IMG/VR virus record: IMGVR_UViG_3300008117_000010
Coordinates: 46,527-110,526 of that record
DNA length: 64,000 bases
DNA from: a virus
Direction: 5' to 3' (one strand)
Below are positions 9,562 to 21,700 of this stretch, in pieces. Each line of letters opens with the position of its first letter. Positions within the stretch are counted from its first letter, which is position 1. The notes beneath the pieces were generated by a model that saw nothing but the letters and a program-made list of their open reading frames with translations, was not told the origin of the DNA and searched no databases. Both the position numbers and the translations under genes were made by a program.

Positions 9562-12500
9562 ATGGCAACTTATATACAAGGAGTAACAGATTATATTCCT
9601 GAAATTCAACCGTTTCAACCTGACTATAATATTTTAGCACAGGCGCTTAGTACAAAAGAAGCGCAATATCAAGCAGGCTATGATAAAATAAGTGGAATAT
9701 ACGGTACACTTTTGAATTCAAATATGACGCACTCAGAGAATATTGAGAGGCGTAATAAATACTTTACTCAAATAGAAAATGAAATTCAAAAGATTGCAGG
9801 TCTAGATCTTAGTAGACAAGATAATGTTATAAGTGCTCAACAAGTTTTTAAACCATTAATAAATGATAAGTACATTCATAAGGATATGTCCTTTACTAAA
9901 TCATTTGAAGATAGTTTATTAGCTTCTGAAAATTATAAAAGATGTGTTGGAGAAAATTGTGGTGGTCAATGGTGGGAAACTGGAGATTTAGAATTAGCAT
10001 ATAAAAGGGAAGAGTTTGCAAATGCATCACTTGACCAAACCTTAGGTATGCAAAATTTAAATTACACTCCATTTCAGAATGCTTACAAAATGGGGATGGA
10101 TTTTGCAAAAGAAATGAATTTTGAATCACAATCAGTAGAAATAACACCTGATGGTAGATATCAAATAACGAGGACAAATGGTCAACAAATGGTTCCCGAT
10201 CTATCTCAATATATGATGGCAACTGTAGGTAATGATCCTAAAGTAGCTGATACATATAAAACACAAGCATATGTAGATAGAAAAAATTATATAAAAGCAA
10301 ATGCACAACAATACGGTAGTGAAGAAGCTGCTGAGCGTCAATACTTTACAGAAGTATTTACTGCAGTTGAAGAATCAAATGCACGACGCCAAGCAGAATT
10401 AGAAAAACAAAATCAACAAATTGATAATAAGAAAAAACTTGTTGAAGAAAATAAAAAGACAGGAATTAATCCTGCATATGATACAGATCCAGAAGCTTTA
10501 TTATTAGGTCTTGATACTCAAAAAGAAGTTGTTAGTATAAATAAAAAACAAGCAGATGATATAGCTGATTTATCAAATCCAAGTATTGTTCCAAATCTTC
10601 CAATAGATGTACTAAGAAGTAGAGTTGATGCTATTACTGCAAGTAATTCATTACAAGAAACTTTGATTACTGCAGCATCTAACTATGCTAACCTCACTCA
10701 AAAGGTTGAAATAAAAGCCGATGAGTATGGTAAAATGCAAGTACAGCATCAATATAATATGGCTGAAATTGCATATAAAGCACAGCTTGATGCAGAAAAA
10801 GAAAAAAAGGAAAGTGAAACAATGGCAGATGCTTTAGGCATTACTGATGGTGTTATTGTTCCTGGAGATGTGGGTCAAACAGATCCCAATTATAATGTTC
10901 AGGAAGAAATGATTAAAAGAGAAGAATCATTGCGTGGAGATGGAACTGCTAAAACTGAACATTTAAGCCAAGTAGTAGTAAGTCAATTACAATCAGTTGC
11001 TAATGATCCAAATGCAAGTCCAGAAAGAAGACAAGAAGCAAGAAGATTATTAGAAGATACATATGGTGTATTAGAAACCTCAACTACATATAAAGAAAAA
11101 ACTTATTTAGATGAGTTTGTTGAGGAAATGAAACAAGATTGGGAATCTGATGATGAGTTTACATGGTATAATCCACTAGATTTATTTGATATTGCTAAAC
11201 AAGCTGCTGATGCCAGTTGGGATTATATGTTTGATGATGAAAAAAAGGAATCAGTAAAAGTTGAAAAAGAAGGATACTTAAGAAAAGATGCAAGTGGTAA
11301 TTTATCACTTGTAAAAGATTGGCAAAATAAAGCTAAAACACCTTTCATAAATGATATGAAAAGTGCTAATAATGTTTTAGAACTTCAGGGAAGAATTAAG
11401 AATTTAATAACAAGTGAAGATTTTAAACAAGTAATTAAAGGTCGTGAAGATGTTATTTTACCCGATCTTTATCAAGCTTATAATGATATACAAGGAACGG
11501 AAGCAGAATTACTTGCAGTGCAACAAGCACATTTAAATAATAATAAAGCTGTTTTAAGTTATATTCAATCAACACCAACAGATGAATATGATCCATTTAT
11601 AATGGAAGCACGCGAACAGTTTTTAGATGATAAAGGAAACATAAGATCATTAGAAGAATTTGCACAAGCAGTAATGCCTGTTGTTGCTAATCATCCAGAT
11701 AGAGAAGTATGGGATTGGTCTAGTGCAGCAAAAGGTGCTATGACTGCTAATCTAATACCAATTGTTGGACCAGTAGCAGGAGTAGTAAGTGGATATAGAT
11801 CTGGAAAAGTTCCAATGGGTGAATTAGATCAAGAAGATATGATGGATGAAATCGAATCTATATATGATGAATTTAAAGAAGACTTTAGTGATGCATATGC
11901 AAACAAAGATATTCCAGGTATTACAACAGAGTTTAGTCCGTTAGGTGGACACACTGGAGCATTTTCACAAGGTGTAAGTTATCAAGTTGATTCAATGCTT
12001 GGTGGTATGGCTCCATCAAATAGAGCAGCTGGTGAATTATTATCAGCAATAAATCAAAGTGGTGCATTAGCTAATCCTAAAGCAGCTGAAGCAACATGGA
12101 TAATGGGAGATGGTTCTATGATTACTCCAGATGTAATTGATGATCAATATAGTGAAGATAAAGAAAATGCTATTAGAGCAATGATGCAACAAATGAGCAT
12201 GGATTTTTTAAGTAGTAATCCAAAAAATACCACAGACGGTAGACCAAGATTTAAAATAACTAGTTATGGTACCGGAGCTCAAAATCGTAATAATGTTGCA
12301 ATAACCTTTACACCGTCTCAAGCATATTTAAAAGGATTAATAGGTTCAGAAAATTTACCTGGGGTATATAGATCTGCCTTTGGTAAAAATATGGATCAAG
12401 CTACATTCACATTAATTATACCACGTGAAAAATTAGCCCAACATACTGGTTCTGATGGTAGACCTCGTGAAACAGCTATTATTTCTAGACATACTAATAC

Positions 12501-12777
12501 GCGTGTTGAAAGAGTATTTAACTTAACAAATCAATATAACATTGATTATGGTAATTTAGGTGGTAGTTCTTCTATAAGAAGAGATTCAAATGGTAATGTT
12601 TTCTTATATCAAACATCTGCAGAATATGATCCACAAACAGGAAGAATAATAAATACTCCGTTAGCACCTGTTTATTTAAAAGATTTTGATATTAATCAAA
12701 CTGTGGAAACGTTAAATCAAACCCATAAAGAAATCTTACAAGACAATAGTATTAACATAAAAAGAGATAGAAGATAA
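9562..12777 (+). CDS. crAss-like cargo/ejection protein
   Basis: 1071 aa, helical. Small-residue hydrophobic segment AAKGAMTANLIPIVGPVAGVVSG. Stop overlaps the next start (TAATG). Confidence 0.6.
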   Translation: MATYIQGVTDYIPEIQPFQPDYNILAQALSTKEAQYQAGYDKISGIYGTLLNSNMTHSENIERRNKYFTQIENEIQKIAGLDLSRQDNVISAQQVFKPLINDKYIHKDMSFTKSFEDSLLASENYKRCVGENCGGQWWETGDLELAYKREEFANASLDQTLGMQNLNYTPFQNAYKMGMDFAKEMNFESQSVEITPDGRYQITRTNGQQMVPDLSQYMMATVGNDPKVADTYKTQAYVDRKNYIKANAQQYGSEEAAERQYFTEVFTAVEESNARRQAELEKQNQQIDNKKKLVEENKKTGINPAYDTDPEALLLGLDTQKEVVSINKKQADDIADLSNPSIVPNLPIDVLRSRVDAITASNSLQETLITAASNYANLTQKVEIKADEYGKMQVQHQYNMAEIAYKAQLDAEKEKKESETMADALGITDGVIVPGDVGQTDPNYNVQEEMIKREESLRGDGTAKTEHLSQVVVSQLQSVANDPNASPERRQEARRLLEDTYGVLETSTTYKEKTYLDEFVEEMKQDWESDDEFTWYNPLDLFDIAKQAADASWDYMFDDEKKESVKVEKEGYLRKDASGNLSLVKDWQNKAKTPFINDMKSANNVLELQGRIKNLITSEDFKQVIKGREDVILPDLYQAYNDIQGTEAELLAVQQAHLNNNKAVLSYIQSTPTDEYDPFIMEAREQFLDDKGNIRSLEEFAQAVMPVVANHPDREVWDWSSAAKGAMTANLIPIVGPVAGVVSGYRSGKVPMGELDQEDMMDEIESIYDEFKEDFSDAYANKDIPGITTEFSPLGGHTGAFSQGVSYQVDSMLGGMAPSNRAAGELLSAINQSGALANPKAAEATWIMGDGSMITPDVIDDQYSEDKENAIRAMMQQMSMDFLSSNPKNTTDGRPRFKITSYGTGAQNRNNVAITFTPSQAYLKGLIGSENLPGVYRSAFGKNMDQATFTLIIPREKLAQHTGSDGRPRETAIISRHTNTRVERVFNLTNQYNIDYGNLGGSSSIRRDSNGNVFLYQTSAEYDPQTGRIINTPLAPVYLKDFDINQTVETLNQTHKEILQDNSINIKRDRR

Positions 12778-15700
12778 TGGCTGAAGTAAATAGTACTCCA
12801 AATACTTTTGAAGTAAAAAGTGATTCAGGAAATACAATTAATGTTATTCCAAAAACACCAAGTACTTCATCCTCTAAATTATATGATGAACAAGCAACAG
12901 TTGGTAATAGTGTAAGTGGACCTAATCCTTCACCTACAGGTGTATCATCTACTGATCGTCTTAATAATGCGGTATTAAAAATAAAAGATACTACCGATCC
13001 ATATGCATATGCTAAACCATCAGCTTTTAATTCAACTCATACAGGATTAAACTTTGATAGATATTCAAATCATAGTCAATTTAGAAATTTAGGATTCAGT
13101 CCCTTTAGGGATAATGAAACTATTTATAATAATAATAGTTCATGGTTTGATGATTTTGGAAGAGCAGCGAGTCAATATGGAACATTGTTTTCTGCAGGTG
13201 CAACATCCCTTTTTAAAAACTGGGGTTCATTAAGTAATACCACTCCAGACTTTGATTCTGCAAATACTATGGAAAAAGCCATGGCAATTGGTAGTTCTAG
13301 TAAATCAGGATTTGGAGCAAGCTTTACAAATTTCTTTTTAAATTCAGCATACACTGTTGGTGTAATTGCAGAAATAGCTGCAGAAGAAATTGCACTTGGA
13401 TTAGCAACGGGTGCATCTGGTGGTGGTGCTGCACCAGCAGCACTAACAAGAACAGGATTAAATATTGGTCGATTTACAAAAGCAATTGGTCAATTATTTA
13501 AAGGTGCAAATAATATTTCTACCGCTCGTAAAGTTTGGAATGTTGCAAAAAAGATAACACCCTTTGGTGATACTGCTGATTTAGCACGTGGATTAATAAA
13601 AGGAGAACGTGCAACATTAAGAGGAATTTATAAAGACTATAACTCTCTAGATAATTTTGCAAAATCAAAAGCATTATTTGGTCAATTCTATCGTGATGTA
13701 CGCGAAATAAATGCTGCCTCATCAGAATCTAAATTAGAAGCAGGAATGGTTAGTAATGAAGTTTCTGCTAAACTAATTGATGAATTCTACAGAGATAATG
13801 GTAGAATGCCTAACTTTAATGAATCACAAGTTATTCATAGTCAAGCACTTCAAGCTGGATCAGAAGCATATTTATATAATATGCCTGCTATATACTTTAG
13901 TAATAAATTAGTTTTAGAAGGTGCTCTAAAAGGTATTAAACCTTTTAGATCAATAATGAATAAAGTACCTAATAATCTTAGACCTGTTATTAAAACCGTG
14001 GATGGTAAAAAAACAGCAAAGGTTTATGATATGAATAATATCAAGAGTTATTTAAATCTTGATTCAATAAGAATGTTAGGTAAAGCTTTACGTCCTAAAA
14101 ATTTAGTTGGTACTGGTATCAGATATACTAGTGCAAATTTTGCAGAAGGTTTACAAGAAGTTTATCAAGAATCATTATCTGCTGGACTTATAGATCACTA
14201 TACAAATAAAAACTTTGGTCAAGAACGTCTTGGTCAAGCTGGATTATTAAATAGTTTAAGATTAGGTGCAGCAGAACTTGATAAGCAAAATATGGCTTTA
14301 GAAACATTTTTATCAGGTTTCTTTATGGCAGCTCCTATTGGAGGACTTCAAACAATTGCATTTAAGAAAGCTCCTAGATTATATCAAAAATATAGAAATC
14401 CAGAAAAGTATAAGCAATATATTGATGATAGAAAAAATGCAATTACAAAATTAGAAAATTCATTAAATGCAATTATTAATGATCCAGCAAAATTTGCAAA
14501 TGATTTTTATGCAAATGCAACTGAACAAAATAATTTAATTACAAGACAATTAGAATCAGAAGAAGCAGGAGATATCGCCGGAGCAAAGAATATTAAAGAG
14601 CAATCTTTCTTTGAGCATGTTCACACTTTACTTAAACATAACATGCTTGATGAGTTTCAAACTCAAATGCGTGATTTATTAAAGTTAGATGATACTTCAT
14701 TAAAAGAAGCATTTGGTAATGGTCGTGAAAGCATAGAAGGGGATTCATTTAATGCTGGATTACGTGATCGTATAAATAAAGCTATATCACGTGCAGATCG
14801 TCTTAAAGAAAGATATGAAGAATCAAATGAAAAGTTTGTTAATGATTATAATCCAGATACTGAACGTGATTTATATGAGGCATTTGAAGAAGGAAAGAAA
14901 GCCTATTTATTTAATGAGTTTATGTTTGAACGAGTTGGCTCTAGAATACAATCAATGACTGGTTCATTAGCTAGTAATCCAAAACTATCACAAGTATTAG
15001 GTGGTGATATTGCAATATTATTTGATACAACTGCAGGAGGAGCATTACAAAGCAAAATAAAAAACTTAGAATCTGAAATTAAAATATACGAACAAGCAAC
15101 TACAGCCGAAGACAAAGAAATTTTAAAACAAAAACAAGAAGAATACGAAGGGTTAAATACTTGGTATTCAGCTATAACTGCATTTGAAAGAACATATGAT
15201 GAAAGTGTTAAGTTAGAAAACTTTGATCCAAGCAAAGCAGAAAAATTTGTATTACAATTTCCAAAGGGATCTCCTATTGAATATACAAATACTAAAGGTG
15301 AAAAGGTTGAAGGTAAATTTGTAGGTGTATTAGGTAAAAATATATTAATTGAAATAGTAAATAAGAAAGGTAAAAAACAAAGAGTTGCAGTAGATAGATC
15401 AAAAACTGCATTTATGGGTGAGCAAGATATTGATTTATCAGCTCAAGAAATACAGTTTGGTGATCAAACTACTTTAGTAGATTCAATGGTTTATATGCTT
15501 GAAGCTTTATTTGGGCAAGTAGATAGCAGTTTTCAAATTAAAGGTATTGAACCATTAAAAGGATATCTTAATACTCTTGCTGGACCCAATGGTCTTAATA
15601 TGACCAAAGATGAAATGGGTGAGATATTTGCTAATGTTTTAGACATTGTGCGTTTAAGAAAAGATTCAGCACGACACATTAATGCATTAAATATATTAAC

Positions 15701-18700
15701 TGATCCTGATTACTTTAATTCAAATGTTGAAAAAATTGGCCAATTAATTAGTACAGCAAATCGCTTAGCTAAAATAAAAGTAAAAGCTATGCTGGATGAT
15801 TATGAAAGAATGATGGATAATCATCACTTACTACAAGAACTTTATGAGATTGGAATATTTTTAGATCCAAATAACGTTGATGCTCTTGTTAATAAAAATA
15901 AAATACCATCAAGTTTTTATGCAGCAACAAATCTACCAAACATTCCTGAACTAACACAAATTGATCCTAGTAATCCTCAGCACAAAGATATATATAATAA
16001 AATCTTAGAAGTTCTAGAATCATATGAGGCTTTAAAAGGAATTGAGTTTGTAGGTAAAGTTGATCCTACAGCAATTAGTCAAACAATTCCTTTAGGACAA
16101 CAGTTTCAAAAACAAAAAGGTGATGAAAGAACTATTCTTGATTTAGCTACTGAATATGGATTTAATAAAGATAATCCTACAGATATAAGTGCAAAGGAGT
16201 TATTACAAAAAATAATAGACAGTCAATTTGGTTATTTACCTGATAAACAATTAGCACGTAGATTATTATCTGTTATAAAAGATGATATTAATATTAGCTT
16301 TAATAGAAACCATCCTGTCGCAGTATCATATGATACTACTAACGGTATAGTAATCAATCCTAATTTCAGTGCTGCTAATTACAGAACTGGAATATTAAAT
16401 ATTGAAAAAGTTATTCTTAATGGATTGATGCAAAAGTTAGTTAATGATAATTTAACTAATGCAAAATTTAAAGCAGATATTGAAAATATTAAAACCAAGG
16501 TTCAAGAAGCTATTGTTAGTGGTAAATTAAATGCTATTATTGAACAGCTTGAACAACAATGGAATGTTGTATTTCCAAAAAATGAAAAAGGAGATATTAT
16601 TATTGATGATGTAGTTGGATTAAAAAGCATTGAACAGTTTGTTGCAATGGCAATGACTGATCTCTCATTTCAATCTATACTAGCTAATACAATTACTGAA
16701 GAAACAAATAAAAGTGTATGGCAAGAATTTTTGGAGTCACTCAGAAACTTGCTTGAACAAATAACTGGATTATATAAAGGTGGTAATGCATTAGAAGAAA
16801 CATTAAGAATTACTTCTACTGCAATACTTGGTGAACAAATAACTGAAACTCAAACAACTGCTGAAGAAATAAATGTCGCTACACCTTTACAACAACTACC
16901 AGAAGATTTAACAGATGCACTTAATGTTGCATGGAATGAATTATCACCTGAAGATAAACAAAGTTACGGTAGCATTGATTCATGGATTCAAGGTTCATCT
17001 GCAGCAGCAACCATAATTAATAATTATAAAAAGAAGAAAGAAAAGAAAGAAGTTGGAGATGATAAAAAAGGATTGATACAAAATACATTAACAGTTGCAC
17101 AGTTAAGTTATCTTAGAAATAAGTCGGGATTAGAAGAGAGTGACATATTTTCTATGGAACTTCCCGAGTTAATTGAAATTGTTAATGGTAAATTTAGAGT
17201 TCTTGCTCCAAATGAAAATCAAAATTTAACTAGTGCCCAATTACAAGAAGGAAGAATAATCAAAACCTTCAATGGAATTACAATGACTAATGTTCCTATT
17301 GGAACGCAAAATGTTGTAAATCCTGCAGTTCAACAACAACTCGTACAAATTGGTTCAAAGCTAGAAGCAATCTTTTCTAATGTATTAGGTAGAGGAGATG
17401 CTTCAAAAGTTGCACTTCTAAAAAATCAAGCAAAAGCGGTTGGTGATAATATTATAAATCAAATTAAACAGATCTATAATATTAATCAATTACAATATGA
17501 TGAGAATATTAGTTCTAAAATAAGAACACTTTTAAGTGATCCTAGTAAATATTTCTTTCGAGTAACAAGTCTAAATAATATTGTTGAAGAAATAAGAAAA
17601 TCAACAAAAGATAATATTCAAGCTAAACTTAGTGAAGCTATTGAAAAAGTTTTAAAAGAACCAGACTTAAGCGAAACTTCAAAAAATTATACAGATAGAG
17701 GAACAGTTATAGATGAGTTTTTTAGAATGGGTTTACGTGGTATGTTAGACCAAGAAATTAATGACACATATGTTAATCGATTATTAGATCTCGCATATCA
17801 AAATGTTCAATCTAAACTTAATGTTCAAACGCCTATTATCTTTTCAGATAAATTTAAAAAGGATTTAACTAAAACATTAAAGCATGTTGTTGATTACATG
17901 CGTATTAATAATTATCGTGCATTAACAGATACTAATGAGCTCTTTGGATCTATAGGTATAATTCCTGTTAGTGGTCAAGTAGACTTAGTGCTCTATAATG
18001 ATAAAGGTGATTTATTGATTTTAGATATTAAAACAATGATGCCTAAAAATGATAGAGCTAAATTTAAAGGGTACGCAGAATCATTTGAAGAAACATTAGT
18101 TGAAGATAGAGTAGGTTATGTAGAAAAAGATACAGCACAATTAAACATCTATAGAGAGTTAATACAATCTTTAGTTGGTACTGAACTCAATAAGAACAAT
18201 ATGAGAATTCAAGGAATGGGTATTCTGCCTTTACTTGTTAATATGTCTATTGCGGGTAATGGTACTAGAACTATCAGTTCAATTGAAATATCTCCTAGCG
18301 TAAGTAATGTCAACAATAAAAATAAACCTATTGGTTTATATATTCCTATAATAGAAAAGACAACAGTTGAATTATTCCCAGAACTTTATCCACAAGCTCC
18401 ACCTGCTACAGGTATTGATGCAACTGAATTAGCTCGAAGAAAAAAATTAGTTGGATGGACCGCATCATATGAACTAGCTACAATTGCAAAAAGAGAAGGT
18501 ATAGATTTATCTAAATTATCTAGAGAAGAATATGCTAACTACGCTATTAAAAACGGATTAAAAATAGATGACTCACAGCTTAGAACAAATCCTAAACATA
18601 GAAATGCAACTAGTTCACAAGAGGTAGGAGAGATGCTGAAAGCTGATAGAGCATCATTATCTGATGTAACAAAGAAAGCATTTAATTCTTTTTACAATGC

Positions 18701-21700
18701 AATAATGGCTATTGTGAATAAACCTCAAGCAGAGAGGTACTTAGCTCAAAATGTAAGACTATATTCAGATACTAAAAATTCTAACTCATGGTTATACTTT
18801 GGTATAAATAATGGAACTAATACCAATGAATCTTTTACTCATAAAAGTTATTTCTCATTAAAAAATTTAAATGATTTTTCTCCAGAACTTTTTAGAGACT
18901 TTATGATAGAGCTTCAAAAAAGAGGTTATAATGGAGGAGTTAAAATATTTCAAGATTTAGAAGTTCAAGGTCCTGCTTTAAGTGATCAGGTAGTAATGCA
19001 TGGTTATTCAGAAAATGATGCTAAACTAGCTTTACAAGTAGCTAAAGAGTTTTATGGAGATAAAATATTAGAATCATCTTATGGTAAAGATGAAGTTATA
19101 AACGGTAAAAATATGTCTTATAGTCAAATTCTTTCTGATAAAATAAAAGAAAGAGTTGACTCTGGAAATACACAACCATTAGAAGGAACTACACCACCAC
19201 CAGCAGCTCCTGTTGTTGATGTTGTAACTGTTTATCATCATACAAATGTAAAACCTGAAGATTTTAATTTTGGAACTTTTCAAAGAGGTAAAGAACAAGT
19301 TAGCCAATTTGGTGATGGTTTAAACGCATCTTCTACAACTACTCCTTTTTTAGTCCAGAGATACGGTCAGCCAATACAAGGAGAAATTAAAGATTCTGAT
19401 TTTATTGTAATTGATGCTAATAAAACAGAGAAAGAACTGTATAACGAACTTAGAGCTAAAGGATATAATTTTAATAATCCAGCTACAGGTTCTTATATTG
19501 GAAATGATCCAGCTAAAGAATATGATGGAACTGAAAAAGCAAATGAACAACCTGCCATAATATCTTTATTTAATGATTTTCAAAAATCTAATCCTGAAGT
19601 AAAAGGAGTTAAAGTTGTAAATCATATTATTGGTAATCAAAAAGTTGATCCTTTTTACGTCATATATGATGCTAAGTCATTTTATGGACCAGGTTCATTA
19701 TCTAAAAAAGCTCCTGTTTCTGATCAAGCTAAGAAAGCTGATATAGAAATAGGCAAAATAGCAAACACAGAATATGAAGTTAAATCTGATGGAGTTTATT
19801 ATCAAGGTAAAAAACTTAATAATCCTCAAAATAAAACACACAGACAACTTATTGAAACTGATATAGAAAGAAGAAAACAATCAGAGCTTAAGTTTTATAC
19901 TGGAAATGATTTAAAACAACAAATAACAGACCTTCTAAATTCTGAAGTACCAGTTCCTGAAATAACTGTAAAGATTAATAATCCTCTTTGGAATAAGCAA
20001 AGAGCTGCACAATTAGAAGCTTTAGATAATAATGCAAGAATACCAAAAAAAATAATCAGAGCTGCGTTTATAAACACACAGTTTATTGTTAATGGTGAAA
20101 AATATATTATTGAAAAAGATTCTAAGTATGCTTATAGTAATGTAAGAAAAGAGTCTAATAATGAGATTATAGGTAAAATAACTGATGGTGGATATGATTA
20201 TGATGGTGAAACAATAAACAAAGATGCTTTCTTAAAACTCTTAAAAAATGTAGATTCTCCTAAGATTAGTGAGTTCATGGAGAATAAAATTAACGCTAAG
20301 TATAAAGCAGAACTAGCTGCTTTAGAAGGAGCTAAATCTACAACTCCTGTTTCTGATATAGAAAGAAGAAGACAAGAGTCTATAAACTCTATTGTAGAAA
20401 CTTATAATAAGGGAAATGATTTAATTATAGGAAATGCAATAATTACTAAAGCAGATGGTACTACAGAATCAATATCTGATTTAAAAGATGTTGTTACAAC
20501 CGGAGATCCTTTTCAAAGATTAAAAGATAAAATTAATTCTAGATACAAAGAACTAGCTGCTTTAGAAGCTTCTGTTTCTAATGTAGAAGTTAAAAATACT
20601 ATATCAAATGGTGATAAAATTATTAGTGTACAAACAAAACCTGTTACAGATGAAATAACAGATACAGCAGAAGATTTATTTATTCTTCCAGACAATAATC
20701 CAGAAGGTAGAATCCATATAAATATGGAACCCTTAAAAGATATTTTAGTTGTTCCAAATAATACTCTGACTATTATAGACAAAAAAACAGGTAAAGAAAT
20801 AATTAATAAAGAGCTTAATCCAGAGGGAGCTGTAATATTTGAAGCTATGCAAGGAAGACTCTTTGTTGTAGCTAATATTAATGGACAACTCGTTCCATTT
20901 TATAAATCATCTGCAGGTACATCTGGTAAAACACAAGGTGCTTGGTATCCTTTCTTTGGTTATACAGGAGCTTGGTTAGTAAAAGGAGGTATTGATAAAG
21001 CTACTGGTAAAATGTCTTATTCTCCTGAGATTGATAAAGTTACAGATCTTTTAAATGAAAATTTAGTATTTCCTGATAAGTATATAGACAGAGCTACAAA
21101 TAGTATAAAAAATACAAAAGGTGAGATAATTATTGATATGAACCAAGCTTTCAAAGTAAATAGACTTTGGCAAAAAGAGTTTGGATCTCAAACAGGTACA
21201 GGAACTAATTATGAAATAAAAGGGTTAAAAGAAAATACAAGAAGTGAATCAGGACTAGTTGCTCTTATTACAGGACTGAATACTACAGAATTAGATAGTT
21301 CTAAAACACCAAAAGAAAACTCTGAGTGGTTTAATCTTATAAGTAAAAATGCAGAACTAGCTACTTCAGAAGGTAAAAAAGAAGAACCCATACCAAGTAT
21401 TATTAATAGTAAAACATTAAGAGATAATAAAATCATTTACATATCACCAGTATTAACTATTCCTAATGAAATTAAAGATGATAGTGCAGTATTGTTTTAT
21501 GATGATTATGCAATTGCAGCAATTAATAATTTAGGATTTTTAAAGGAAGCTGTAACTCGTGATAATTATTATCAAGTTATTAATGATGTCTTTTATAGTG
21601 GCGGATATACATCAGAACAAGTATTAGCATTTAGAAATGCTATAAATGAGACAGCATATAATTCAATAATTAATGCATTAAATGAATCTCCTGAAAAAGT

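Noticed and set aside
19711-21373. CRISPR array or DGR template/variable repeat
   Set aside because: Repeats are in-frame and irregularly spaced; no adenine-specific mismatch pattern and no reverse transcriptase in the window
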